Shown here piece by piece: positions 25,616 through 35,524 of a stretch of DNA of 64,000 nt. The stretch is from an uncultured Clostridia bacterium (GTDB taxonomy: Bacteria > Bacillota > Clostridia > Christensenellales > UBA1242): assembly GCA_934756675.1 (NCBI GenBank), contig CAKVLG010000005.1, forward strand, positions 24,543 through 88,542, written 5' to 3'. The first letter of the stretch is position 1. Each line of letters begins with the position of its first letter. A model generated the notes under the pieces. That model was not told the DNA's origin. It ran no database searches and was given only the letters and a program-made list of their open reading frames with translations. The position numbers and the translations under genes are program-made.

Positions 25616-26962
25616 TTAAGCTACTTTATTTTTTTCAAATTTATTTTTTTCAAATGGTTTTATAGAATAAATATAAAATCCAAGTATCACGGCAAAAAAT
25701 GGCATGACGTGTGGCATTGTGTTACCAAAGAAAGCTGAGATTAAATATCCATACACACTGCAACCAAGTAAAAACGATAAGTCACATGTTTGTTTTCGGT
25801 TTTTGCATGCACGAACAAACATGGTTACAAGTGCTGCGATGTAGATTAGTGCTCCGATTATGCCAATATTTGCAGCATATTGCAAGTATTCATTGTGCGG
25901 GCGGTCGTATGCACCATTGTGCATCATACAACCAAGTCCAGTGCCAAATATTGGGTTACTTAGTGCAACTGATATTGCTGATTTCCAAAGACCAATACGG
26001 TCAGTGCCAAAAGTGTTTATATCTAATTCTATTCCGTCAGAACCCATGCCTGATGGATTTAGTATTCCAATTAACATTAAAAATTGTTTGCCAGCAGTGT
26101 ATAAATCAGAATAGAAATTACCTTTATTAATAAATAGAGCAAGAATTAAAAATACGCTCAAGGGAACAAAGTTTTGCCAAGAATAATCACTTTTGAAAAA
26201 TATTTTAGCAAATGGTAAAAGCAAAAGAATGATGAAGACTGCAAGCTGTGGCCCAGTTGAATACGTTAAAAATAATTGAATAAACAAAACAATAGTGATT
26301 GCTGAGTATAAGATTTTTTTGTAAATGTTTTTTTCGGATAGTGAAAGCCCTGTTGCAATTAATGAAACAAGCGTTAAATAATAACCGTAATGATTTGGGT
26401 TAACAAACATTGCGGAGTATGGGTACGATTTTAAAAAAGCGGGGAAGAATTTGCTGTCTGGGTCTATAAATACTAAAATAGAAATTATTAAGCTAAAGTA
26501 CATAAGCACTTTTAAAAGCAAGATTGTTTTGTTTTCATCACGTAAGGTGTAGGCAAAGATAAACATACAACCATAAAAATAAAATTGAGTTAAACCTTCT
26601 TCGACAAGTTCGTTATTGCAACTAATGCCAAATAGTGAGCGGACAGGCTCTATTGAAAAAAAACAAGATATTGTCATCCATAGCAAAAAACAAGCGAGAA
26701 TTATAAGTTCCGGTTTTCCAAGAATATCGTTTTTTATATTTTTTAGACATTGCTTTTTATTTTTCTCGTTAACAAGCCACAAGATAAGAATAATTAAAAA
26801 ATAAGTAAGAATAATAAATAGAAATATAGTATTAAAAGTAATAGTTATTGCTCTAGTAAAGAAATATAAAATAAACCTTATAAGTGGCCAAGCGAAAACG
26901 ATTAAAATTGCACTAAAGTTGATTTTAGTGTAAGTATTTGGTTTATTAAGCGAGCTTTCCAT
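25616..26962 (-). CDS. O-antigen ligase / Wzy_C-family polytopic membrane protein
   Basis: 448 aa, many TM segments. RPHNEYLQYAANIGIIGALIY motif is typical of Wzy_C. A hairpin (25607-25627) plus T-run overlaps its 3' end. Confidence 0.7.
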   Translation of the reverse strand: MESSLNKPNTYTKINFSAILIVFAWPLIRFILYFFTRAITITFNTIFLFIILTYFLIILILWLVNEKNKKQCLKNIKNDILGKPELIILACFLLWMTISCFFSIEPVRSLFGISCNNELVEEGLTQFYFYGCMFIFAYTLRDENKTILLLKVLMYFSLIISILVFIDPDSKFFPAFLKSYPYSAMFVNPNHYGYYLTLVSLIATGLSLSEKNIYKKILYSAITIVLFIQLFLTYSTGPQLAVFIILLLLPFAKIFFKSDYSWQNFVPLSVFLILALFINKGNFYSDLYTAGKQFLMLIGILNPSGMGSDGIELDINTFGTDRIGLWKSAISVALSNPIFGTGLGCMMHNGAYDRPHNEYLQYAANIGIIGALIYIAALVTMFVRACKNRKQTCDLSFLLGCSVYGYLISAFFGNTMPHVMPFFAVILGFYIYSIKPFEKNKFEKNKVA

Positions 26963-27062
26963 GCGAAAAGTATAATAAATAGATAATGTTTTGTCAACTA
27001 AGCGATTGACAAAGGGTAGATAAAAGATTATATTTTATTATATTAAAACTATGGAGAAAAAC

Positions 27063-28346
27063 ATGAAAAAATGTATTGCTAATTTAAAACCTGGTAAAGT
27101 TCAATTTCAAGGCTGGATCGAAAATATTCGCGATAAAAAATCTATGCAATTTATTGTTATCCGCGACTTATCGGGAAAAATTCAATTAACTGTTATAAAA
27201 GCCGAAAATCCAGAAGTTGCAGAAGTCTTTTCAAAAGCAACACTGGAATCAACTGTTAAGGTAGAAGGCGAACTTGTAAACAACGAATTTGTTAAACTTG
27301 GTGGCAGGGAAGTATTGCCAACAAAGGTTGAACTCACAAGCATTGCCGAAGCATTGCCTATTGCCGAAGATAGCTCAATTGACCAAAGAATAGATAATCG
27401 TTGGGTTGACCTTAGAACAGAAAGAAACACACTTATCTTTGCCTTCCAAAGTTATCTTATTAACGCAATGCGTGAATATTTGATTGATAATGATTTCATT
27501 GAAATTCACACACCAAAGTTTATTTCTACCGCTTCTGAAAGTGGTGCAGAAGTGTTTGAAGTTAAGTATTTTGATAGAAAGGCATATCTTGCACAAAGTC
27601 CACAATTCTATAAACAAATGGCTATGGCAGGCGGGTTAGAGAGAATTTTTGAAATTGCTCCTTGCTTTAGAGCTGAAAAATCTCACACAAAAAAACATGC
27701 GACAGAATTTACAAGTTTTGACGTAGAATTTAGTTATATTGATTCATTCCAAGATGTTATGAATTTGGAAGCTGAAATGATTGAATATGGCCTTAGAAAA
27801 ACAAAAGAAAAGTTTGGCGACAAGGTCAAAGAAGTTTTTGGCGTGGACATTGTTGTTCCAACTCTTCCTTTCCCACAAATGAAGCTTCGCGATATTTATG
27901 ATGAGCTTGAATCTCGTTATGGCTACACTGTTCCAGAAGAAGAAAAAACAGACCTTACAACCGAAGCTGAGAGGCTTTGCGAAAGGTTAGCAAAAGACAA
28001 GTTCAATCACGAGTTTATGTTTGTTACCGATTATCCACCAGATAAAAGAGCATTCTACCATATGCGTCTTAATGGTATTCTTCAAGGCTATGACCTTATT
28101 TGGAAAGGTATTGAAATTACATCTGGTGCACAAAGAGAACACAGAATCGAAGAATTAAAGAAAAACGTTGCCGAAAAAGGATTAACAAATGATGTTAAAA
28201 ACTATCTTAAATTCTTTGAAAACGGTATTCCACCACATGGCGGATTTGCTATTGGTGTAGATAGATTGACAATGCTTTTGTTAAACTTGGCATCACTGAA
28301 AGAAGCACAATTCTTGTTCCGCGGACCAGACAGACTTGATCCATAA
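27063..28346 (+). CDS. aspS: Aspartate--tRNA ligase, archaeal/type-2 form (AsnRS not fully excluded)
   Basis: Class IIb aaRS with FRAEKSHTKKHATEFTSFDVE and GGFAIGVDRLTMLL. About 427 aa from the ATG at 27063, which has GGAG 7 nt upstream. Promoter TTGACA-17-TATATT lies upstream. Confidence 0.75.
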   Translation: MKKCIANLKPGKVQFQGWIENIRDKKSMQFIVIRDLSGKIQLTVIKAENPEVAEVFSKATLESTVKVEGELVNNEFVKLGGREVLPTKVELTSIAEALPIAEDSSIDQRIDNRWVDLRTERNTLIFAFQSYLINAMREYLIDNDFIEIHTPKFISTASESGAEVFEVKYFDRKAYLAQSPQFYKQMAMAGGLERIFEIAPCFRAEKSHTKKHATEFTSFDVEFSYIDSFQDVMNLEAEMIEYGLRKTKEKFGDKVKEVFGVDIVVPTLPFPQMKLRDIYDELESRYGYTVPEEEKTDLTTEAERLCERLAKDKFNHEFMFVTDYPPDKRAFYHMRLNGILQGYDLIWKGIEITSGAQREHRIEELKKNVAEKGLTNDVKNYLKFFENGIPPHGGFAIGVDRLTMLLLNLASLKEAQFLFRGPDRLDP

Positions 28347-28361
28347 TACATGACAAAAAAT

Positions 28362-28388
28362 CCACCAGACAGTCTGGTGGTTTTTTTT
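28362..28388 (+). terminator. Intrinsic terminator after aspS
   Basis: ccaccagac/gtctggtgg stem followed by T8. Confidence 0.8.
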
Positions 28389-28396
28389 AGGCAAAT

Positions 28397-28427
28397 AAAA
28401 AATCAGACCAAGACGTCTGATTTTTTG
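28397..28427. terminator. Bidirectional terminator serving the minus-strand small gene
   Basis: A-run, tcagac-caagac-gtctga, then T6. Confidence 0.7.
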
Positions 28428-28436
28428 TTTTGCTAG

Positions 28437-28649
28437 TTATGCAAGGATTGTTAGGTCTTTGTTAATAATCATTGTAACAAGGTCAATAACGTAAAATACT
28501 GGAGCTAAAACAATGTTTAAGATTAAACCAATCCAGTTCTTTCTTTGAGCTCTTGTAACCCAGCCAAGAATTACGTTTGTTACTGGGATAATAGCAAGAA
28601 TTAAAGAAACGATCCAATCAAGACCAAAATATGCTCTTTGACGTGCCAT
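28437..28649 (-). CDS. Small two-TM membrane protein (70 aa)
   Basis: Two hydrophobic helices. SD gggagg upstream on the minus strand (aaagggaggaactttt-ATG). Confidence 0.55.
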   Translation of the reverse strand: MARQRAYFGLDWIVSLILAIIPVTNVILGWVTRAQRKNWIGLILNIVLAPVFYVIDLVTMIINKDLTILA

Positions 28650-28737
28650 AAAAGTTCCTCCCTTTATTTAACTATATTAGATTATAAACAGATTTAGTAC
28701 TTTTGTAAAGAAATATTAACGGTTAGTTCGCTAAAAC

Positions 28738-28767
28738 GAATAAAAATTTTGTGCATGCGTCAAACTA
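28738..28767 (+). promoter_or_regulatory. Possible forespore (sigma-G/F-type) promoter for the germinant receptor operon
   Basis: GAATA (28738-42), 18 nt, CAAACTA (28761-67), 6 nt, ATG 28774. One mismatch to the CATnnTA -10. No SD. Confidence 0.3.
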
Positions 28768-28770
28768 TTT

Positions 28771-30210
28771 TTGATGAATACACTAGTAGAAAAAATAAAA
28801 AAATGCTTTGGTAAAAATGCGGATATAACATATCAAAAGGTTATGAGTAGCAACAAATCTGCTACGCTTATTTTTATTAAATGCATGGTCGATAACAAAC
28901 TGCTAAACAGTGGAATTATGGAAGAAGTTAGCAGTTTTTTAGATGGTAATAATGGCGGTGCAAAAGGACTTTGTAACAACTTAAAAATGTTTGGAAACAT
29001 AATAGAAAAAAGCAAAACTCAGGTTTCACAAATCGTGTCGCAAATACTTAGCGGTTCGCTTATCGTTTGTTTAGATGATGACGATAATGTTGTCGCCTTG
29101 TCCATGAAAGGCGTCGAGAAACGTGCAATTGCAGAGCCTCCAACAGCGGCGGTTATAAAGGGCCCGCGAGAAGGCTTTGTCGAAGATATAAACACAAACC
29201 TTGGACTTATTCGCAAACGATTAAAAACCCCAGACTTTTCTGTTATAAAAACAAACATGGGCAAGCGTACGCAAACAGAAATCGCAATATGTTATATAAA
29301 AGGAATTGCGGATAAAGAGATTGTTCAAGATATTTTAAAAAAGCTTAAAAGTATTGAGATAGATGGTATAATCGATTCGTATTATGTTCAAAACATGCTA
29401 GAAAGCAAAAATAACAAAATATTTAAGCAAGTAGGTAACACCGAAAAACCCGATGTAGCCGTTGCCAAAATGCTAGAAGGAAGAATTGTTTTAATTGTCG
29501 ATGGTTCGCCAATTGTTTTGACCGTGCCATTTATATTGCTCGAAAGTTTGCAGACAGCCGATGACTATTATATGTTTTCTGTTAAGGCAAGTTATGTCAG
29601 AGTCATACGCTTTTTGGGGCTAATTATCGCGATTAGTTTGCCGGGCATTTATGTGGCGTTGCAAAGCTACCACTATAGCGTTTTGCCAATAAACTTTTTA
29701 ATCACGCTTATGAGTAGCATTCAAGGTATTAGCTTTCCACCGCTAATGGAGATTTTGTTTGTTTTGTTTTTGTTTGAAATTTTAAACGAAGCGAGCATTA
29801 GAATGCCAAAATACTTGGGCATGGCACTCAGCGTTATTGGCGCGCTTATTCTTGGCAACACCGCCGTACAAGCGGGGCTAATTACGCCGCCAAGTATTGT
29901 GGTTGTGGCGATTTCTGGCATAACGCTCTATATTGTTCCAGACCAAGCAAACGAAAACAGTTTGCTCCGCGTTATCTTTACACTCGCTGGTGGTATTGCG
30001 GGCTTTTTTGGTATATGTTTGTGTTTTATGATTGTTACAACATTTTTGGCAGACATTACAAGCTTTAAGGCGCCATACTTGTCGCCATACGCACCAATCG
30101 TGCCACAAGACAAACAAGACGGGCTTGTTAAAAAAGATTTAATGGACTTAAAAAATCGACCAAAGACAATACCGAACCACAATAAAATAAGGTTAAAGGC
30201 GGAAAAGTAG
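28771..30210 (+). CDS. Spore germination protein, GerA family (A subunit)
   Basis: 479 aa. EPPTAAVIKGPREGFVEDINTNLGLIRKRL is the GerA signature, followed by a C-terminal TM bundle. The start is TTG 28771 or ATG 28774. Confidence 0.85.
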   Translation: MMNTLVEKIKKCFGKNADITYQKVMSSNKSATLIFIKCMVDNKLLNSGIMEEVSSFLDGNNGGAKGLCNNLKMFGNIIEKSKTQVSQIVSQILSGSLIVCLDDDDNVVALSMKGVEKRAIAEPPTAAVIKGPREGFVEDINTNLGLIRKRLKTPDFSVIKTNMGKRTQTEIAICYIKGIADKEIVQDILKKLKSIEIDGIIDSYYVQNMLESKNNKIFKQVGNTEKPDVAVAKMLEGRIVLIVDGSPIVLTVPFILLESLQTADDYYMFSVKASYVRVIRFLGLIIAISLPGIYVALQSYHYSVLPINFLITLMSSIQGISFPPLMEILFVLFLFEILNEASIRMPKYLGMALSVIGALILGNTAVQAGLITPPSIVVVAISGITLYIVPDQANENSLLRVIFTLAGGIAGFFGICLCFMIVTTFLADITSFKAPYLSPYAPIVPQDKQDGLVKKDLMDLKNRPKTIPNHNKIRLKAEK

Positions 30211-31302
30211 ATGGAACTAACTGGAAGACAGGCAACATTTTTAGTGATTATTTGTTCGCTGGCAACAAAGATGCAAAGATTACCATGTTTAATAGCATCT
30301 GACCTAGGTCGATTTGGGTATTTATATTTCTTGTTCCTTGGCTTAATTGATTTGATGTTTATTTTCATCGCGCTTTGGATAGGCAAGCTTGCTGGCGGCA
30401 GAACACTTTATGAAGTGTTAGAAGAAAGGGTAAGTAAAATCGTTGCAAAAACAATATCGTTTATTTTGTTTGTATATTTTTTTGCGCAAATAATTTTGCC
30501 ATACGAGGCTTTGCATGATGTGTTTGCAAATATCTTGTTTGATGATTTGCCATGGACATCATTTAGCTTAATTTTAGTTGCTGCCGTTGTATATCTTGGT
30601 AGTCGCGGGCTTAAAACAATTGGCAGAATAGGTGACTTATATTTTGGCGTTATTACTCTTTCGTTAATTGGACTTATTGCAATATCTGGTGGAACATCGG
30701 CACTTGCAAAAATTTTGCCTTTTGCAGAGTTTGAACCAAACAAACTATTTAGCACGGCATTTAATTATTCGTTTTGGTTTGGTGACTTTTTAATAGTTCT
30801 TATGTTTATGGGCAAGGTGAAACCAAACGATAAACTTGGGCTTAGACTTGGGATTTTTTATAGCATTACAATACTTGTGCAAGTGTGCGCGTACATTGTT
30901 TTCTATGGCGTGTATCAAGAACTGAGTGTATATCAGTCTAACCTGATTACAGAAATAAGCGAGTTTTCGCTTTTGACGCTAGATATTGGGCGAATTGATT
31001 GGTTTTTGGAACTTGGTGTTGAAATGAGCACGATTATCGCTTGCGGGCTGTATTTGTATTTAGCAAGCTATAATTTTTCTAAGGTGTTTGGCATAAAGCA
31101 AAGCTACAAGACAACTATATACCTAATTGCGGGCATCTACATTGTTGATATTTTCGTGTTAAAAGACTTGACCGTTGGCGCGGCAATTGTTGCAACCTAC
31201 ACAAGGTGGCTAGCTTTGGTAGTTCAAGTTGCGTTGCCATTATTTTTGCTTGTGTATGGATTGTTCGACCAAAAACGATTAAAGGAGAAAAAGCATGTTT
31301 AA
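30211..31302 (+). CDS. Spore germination protein, GerAB-type permease (B subunit)
   Basis: 363 aa, ~10 TM, APC-like. Starts immediately after the A-subunit stop codon. Confidence 0.75.
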   Translation: MELTGRQATFLVIICSLATKMQRLPCLIASDLGRFGYLYFLFLGLIDLMFIFIALWIGKLAGGRTLYEVLEERVSKIVAKTISFILFVYFFAQIILPYEALHDVFANILFDDLPWTSFSLILVAAVVYLGSRGLKTIGRIGDLYFGVITLSLIGLIAISGGTSALAKILPFAEFEPNKLFSTAFNYSFWFGDFLIVLMFMGKVKPNDKLGLRLGIFYSITILVQVCAYIVFYGVYQELSVYQSNLITEISEFSLLTLDIGRIDWFLELGVEMSTIIACGLYLYLASYNFSKVFGIKQSYKTTIYLIAGIYIVDIFVLKDLTVGAAIVATYTRWLALVVQVALPLFLLVYGLFDQKRLKEKKHV

Positions 31303-32575
31303 GTTTATAAAAAAGCACACATGGCTACTTATTTTAATTGCTCTTTGCATTCTTTTTCCACAGAGTTTGTCTAACCAAGCAAAATTAAACATGAAGTCTA
31401 TTGTAACAGGTCTAGCTATCGATAGAAAAGCAAACGGATTTGAAGTGACAGCACAAGTTGTTATGCCAAACAAGGGCAGTGAATCTGGTGGCGGCGAAAC
31501 GCAAGTTATATTCATTACAGACAGTGGAAAAACAGTTGCAGAGGCTGTTGAACGTATTGGCTTTACGCTTGGCAAAACTGCGGGACTTGGGCACATCAAT
31601 TTTGTATTAATTGGCGAAAGCATGCTCGAAAATAATGTTGCAGGTCAACTAGATTATTTTATGAGAGATAAAAAGATTAACAATTCGGTACTTGTTTTGG
31701 CTTGTGACGGGGCTGCCAAAGACGAAATAAAAAAGACGGCCAATCTTGAAGCTAGTTCTGCAATGGGAATGCAAAAAGTGTTTTTATATAAGCAGCAAGA
31801 AACAAATGCATACGTTTTGCCAATGCTAGAACTTGCAAACTCGGTTTATTCAAAGTCTGGCGTGTGTTTGATGAGTGGACTCAAAATTCAGAGCGGCGAA
31901 GACGAAGAAGAGAACTCGGGTACATCAAGTGGCGAGTCTGGCGGTGGCGAATCGGCGGCTAGTTCCGGGACAGAAAACTCGTCTAGCGAGTCGTCTGCTG
32001 GGGCTGGTAGCGGTGCAAAGCAAAATGCAAAGATAAAATATCTAAACAAAATATATTTATTAAAAAAAGGCAAGAAAGTTGGTGTGCTTGAAAGCGAAGA
32101 TGAAATTGTTGGGCTGTTAATTCCAAACCGTTATAGTAAAGATGCGTCTATGGATATTGGACAAATTGAGTTTGCAAATCAATTGGCACAAGACTTTAAT
32201 GTGAAATACTACAAGAAAAAGTCTAAAATGAAATTGAAGTTTGAAGATGGCAAAATTATTGCTGTGTTTGATATATCGCTCGGCGATGTAAAAATAAGAT
32301 GCCTTAATTCAAAAGAAGAGCCAGCAATAGATTATTACAACGAAGACAATGACGAGTTCAATGAAAAAATTAGGCAAAAAACTGCCGAAAAAATAACAGA
32401 ACTTATAACCACATGTTTCAATAGCGGAAAATCGCAAAATGTTGATGTTTTTATGATTGCAGATTCTGCATATCTATATAATTACAAAGATTATAAAAAA
32501 TATATCGAAAATAATCCAAATTATATTCAAAATGCAACTGTGCAAGTAAATGTTAAAATAGAAAAATTAACATAA
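31295..32575 (+). CDS. Spore germination protein, Ger(x)C family (C subunit), with a low-complexity insertion
   Basis: 426 aa. N-terminal hydrophobic signal (WLLILIALCILF) and third position in the operon. Carries a Ser/Gly/Glu-rich insert (nt ~31889-32020). Confidence 0.7.
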   Translation: MFKFIKKHTWLLILIALCILFPQSLSNQAKLNMKSIVTGLAIDRKANGFEVTAQVVMPNKGSESGGGETQVIFITDSGKTVAEAVERIGFTLGKTAGLGHINFVLIGESMLENNVAGQLDYFMRDKKINNSVLVLACDGAAKDEIKKTANLEASSAMGMQKVFLYKQQETNAYVLPMLELANSVYSKSGVCLMSGLKIQSGEDEEENSGTSSGESGGGESAASSGTENSSSESSAGAGSGAKQNAKIKYLNKIYLLKKGKKVGVLESEDEIVGLLIPNRYSKDASMDIGQIEFANQLAQDFNVKYYKKKSKMKLKFEDGKIIAVFDISLGDVKIRCLNSKEEPAIDYYNEDNDEFNEKIRQKTAEKITELITTCFNSGKSQNVDVFMIADSAYLYNYKDYKKYIENNPNYIQNATVQVNVKIEKLT

Positions 32576-32602
32576 AAAAATCCCCCAAGTGGGGGGACTT
32601 TT

Positions 32603-35335
32603 TTATAGCCTTATTTTATCCATCAATTTATAAAGAATATTCAAAAGTGTTGGAGCAACAATGATTAATATTATTGCAAATAGTTGGTCAGAAAGTGAAA
32701 GTGTACCGATTGAGAGTTTAAAGAAGTCTGATAAAGCGAACACGCCAATAAAGCACAAACTAAGCATTGCAAAGAACAATAGACCTGTTAAAAGTGTGAT
32801 AGGTTTGCAAAGTCTATAAAGAACTGCAAGACCAGTAAAAGTTAAGGTAATAGCAACCATTGTGCTAAGAATTTCTGTGCTAGGAAGAGCACCTGTTCCA
32901 AAATAGAAGAATGCATAAATAGCAATTGAATTGATGATTAATGCAAGTGCACCAGGCAATGCGTTTTTGATAAGGTTATAGATGAACTTACCTTGTATTC
33001 GTTTGGTGTTCGGCAAGAATGCCAGGAAGAACGAAGGCAAGCCAATTACAAGCGATTCAAGAAGAATCATTTGTATTGGTTCTAGTGGGTAAGGTTCCAT
33101 AATCGCAAGAACGAATATACTAAACACAATTGCAAATATCGTTTTCATAAAGAAGAGTGCAGATGCACGTTGAACGTTATTTATAACTCTTCTTCCTTCG
33201 AGCACGGTTTCTGGCATGCTGCCAAAGTCCGAATTTAAAAGCACCATGTGTGATACGCTACGTACAGCTTCGCTACCACTTGCCATGGCGATAGAACAAT
33301 CGGCTTCTTTTAGCGCCAAAATATCGTTGACACCATCGCCAGTCATGGCTACGGTGTTGCCGTTAGCTTTTATTGCTTTTACAAGTATTGCTTTTTGTTC
33401 TGGTGTAACTCTACCAAAAACCGTATATTTGTTTGCAGCAGCAATTACTTGTTTTTCGTTTAAACCTTCTAGGCTTATAAGTTTGTCGGTATTATCGACA
33501 CCTACACGTTTTGCAATTTCTGCAACGGTAAGTGGGTTATCACCAGAAATAATTTTAACTTCAACATCGTTTTCTTTGAACCATTTGATAGTGCTTGCGG
33601 CATCGTCACGAATACGGTCTTCAAGAATAAGCAATGCAACAGGTGTTCTGTTAGATGGTGGGTTGTCTTTTATTATATTTGATGGAGAGTAGGCAAGAAG
33701 TAAAACTCTGTAGCCATCTTTCGAATATTGCTCCACCATATTTTGTGTTTTTTCGTCAAGTCCACTTGGTATAACAAAGTCAGGTGCACCCATGATGTAA
33801 GTTCCAGCATTCTCAAAAGAAACAGCACTTAGTTTTCTAGCTGATGAAAATGGAACAGTCGCAACAGGTTTTAATTCTTTGTTGTAACCAAAATAGTTTA
33901 TCAATGCTTGACTTGTTTGATTATTGTCGCCAAGGGCAGATAAAAGCGAACCCATAATGCGTTTTAGTGTGTAATTTGTATTATTTAATTGAATACAATT
34001 ATAAACCTTCATTGTGCCATCGGTAATTGTTCCTGTTTTATCAAGGCACAAAACATTTACTCTTGCAAGCATTTCAACGCAATACAAGTCTTGAACCAAT
34101 GCTTTTCTGCGAGCAAGTTTGATAACAGATACAGTTAGTGTTACCGAACAGAGTAAGAACATGCCCGCTGGTATCATACCAATGATGGAACCAGCTGTCT
34201 TTTCGACAGTTGTTTTTATGTTGCCAAATTGTGTGTAGTTGTTAATGTACATTAAAATTGCAATAGGGATTAAGATAAATGCAATTACTCTGATTATTTG
34301 TTTTAATGAATTAAATAGTTCTGATTGTGGTTTTTTGTATTGCTTAGCTTTGCTTGCAAGTTGTTGAATATAATTATTTGAGCCAACCTTTTCTACACGA
34401 ACGTGGCACGAACCACTAACAACAAAGCTACCAGCAAGCACTGTATCGCCAACTTTTTTCTTAATTGGTAAACTTTCACCAGTAAGCATACTTTCGTTAA
34501 CTTCAATTGCACCTTCGATAATAATGCTATCGGCAACGATTTGTTTACCGTTTGTTAAGATAACGACATCATCGATAACAACTTCGTCAACCGAAATTGT
34601 TTGTTCTTTGCCATCACGCACAACTTTAACGGCGGGTGCGGTTAACAGCGAAAGTTTTTCGATTGTCTTTTTCGCTTTTATCTCTTGAATAATACCAATT
34701 GTGATATTTGCAAGAATAATTGCCATGAAGAGAAGGTTAGAAAATGAGCCAACGACGATTAAACTAACAGAAACGGCAAAACACAAGATGTTAAAGAATG
34801 TAAAAATATTTTCGAAGAAAATAGCTCTATACGTTTTTACATTGGTGTTTGGAGTCTTGTTTGTTTGACCTTTCTCCACCCTTTCTTTTACTTGGTCACT
34901 TGTAAGGCCTTGCTCGTAGCTAGCTTTAACGCGTTTTACCCTTGTTGGCTTTTTAACTTCTTCCGCTTGACCTTTGATTTTTTTGTTAGTTTCGGTTTTT
35001 TTGCCATTTTTTGTAGCAGTTTTTTGTTGTTTTTTGTCTATTTTTGTGGCAGCGGCCTTTTTAATTTTTTCTATTTTTTTATTAGAAACAGCTTCTTCTG
35101 GCTTTGGAAATTCAAGTTCAGCAGTTGCTTCTGCTTTGGTTTGATTTTCCAGAACTATTGGTTGTTCTGTTTCTTTTTTTATATCTTCTTTAGATTGGAC
35201 TTCTTTTGTAACGGCTAATTTTTTATCTTCTTTTTTATCTTTCTTATTGTCATCTATAGTTGGTAGAATAGTTGGTTTTTCGCCATTATCAATAACTTCT
35301 TCAATCTTTATTTGTTTTGAATTTTTAGGAGCCAT
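32603..35335 (-). CDS. Cation-translocating P-type ATPase with a ~140-aa Lys/Glu-rich N-terminal extension
   Basis: 910 aa. Motifs CLDKTGTITDG, LTGESLP and MTGDGVNDILALKEADCSIAMA. SD gaggtg lies 5 nt upstream of the ATG at 35335. Confidence 0.85.
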   Translation of the reverse strand: MAPKNSKQIKIEEVIDNGEKPTILPTIDDNKKDKKEDKKLAVTKEVQSKEDIKKETEQPIVLENQTKAEATAELEFPKPEEAVSNKKIEKIKKAAATKIDKKQQKTATKNGKKTETNKKIKGQAEEVKKPTRVKRVKASYEQGLTSDQVKERVEKGQTNKTPNTNVKTYRAIFFENIFTFFNILCFAVSVSLIVVGSFSNLLFMAIILANITIGIIQEIKAKKTIEKLSLLTAPAVKVVRDGKEQTISVDEVVIDDVVILTNGKQIVADSIIIEGAIEVNESMLTGESLPIKKKVGDTVLAGSFVVSGSCHVRVEKVGSNNYIQQLASKAKQYKKPQSELFNSLKQIIRVIAFILIPIAILMYINNYTQFGNIKTTVEKTAGSIIGMIPAGMFLLCSVTLTVSVIKLARRKALVQDLYCVEMLARVNVLCLDKTGTITDGTMKVYNCIQLNNTNYTLKRIMGSLLSALGDNNQTSQALINYFGYNKELKPVATVPFSSARKLSAVSFENAGTYIMGAPDFVIPSGLDEKTQNMVEQYSKDGYRVLLLAYSPSNIIKDNPPSNRTPVALLILEDRIRDDAASTIKWFKENDVEVKIISGDNPLTVAEIAKRVGVDNTDKLISLEGLNEKQVIAAANKYTVFGRVTPEQKAILVKAIKANGNTVAMTGDGVNDILALKEADCSIAMASGSEAVRSVSHMVLLNSDFGSMPETVLEGRRVINNVQRASALFFMKTIFAIVFSIFVLAIMEPYPLEPIQMILLESLVIGLPSFFLAFLPNTKRIQGKFIYNLIKNALPGALALIINSIAIYAFFYFGTGALPSTEILSTMVAITLTFTGLAVLYRLCKPITLLTGLLFFAMLSLCFIGVFALSDFFKLSIGTLSLSDQLFAIILIIVAPTLLNILYKLMDKIRL

Positions 35336-35429
35336 TTACACCTCGCTAGTTATTACTTATAATACATTTATATTATATCAATATCTACTTTCATGTCAAT
35401 TACTAAGCAAATAAAACTGAAAAAATGAC

Positions 35430-35524
35430 TTGCAAAATAAAAAAAATGATGTTATAATCATTGCATAATTCCTTGCTAGGGGCACTCTGCTCTTAGCCGA
35501 ATGAGTCCAAAAGGAGGTAAAAGT
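35430..35524 (+). promoter_or_regulatory. rpsF promoter plus ~60-nt leader (candidate S6:S18-binding leader)
   Basis: TTGCAA (35430-35), 17 nt, TATAAT (35453-58). The leader is ...ccttgctaggggcactctgctcttagccgaatgagtccaaaaggagg. Confidence 0.4.

Noticed and set aside
26963-27062. T-box or other riboswitch leaders upstream of the aaRS genes (aspS, glnS, alaS-like), and an L-box upstream of the DAP genes (16093-16173).
   Set aside because: The available untranslated regions (about 90, 1, 9 and 81 nt) are far too short for T-box (~200+ nt) or lysine riboswitch (~180 nt) elements. glnS and alaS-like are translationally coupled to dnaB.
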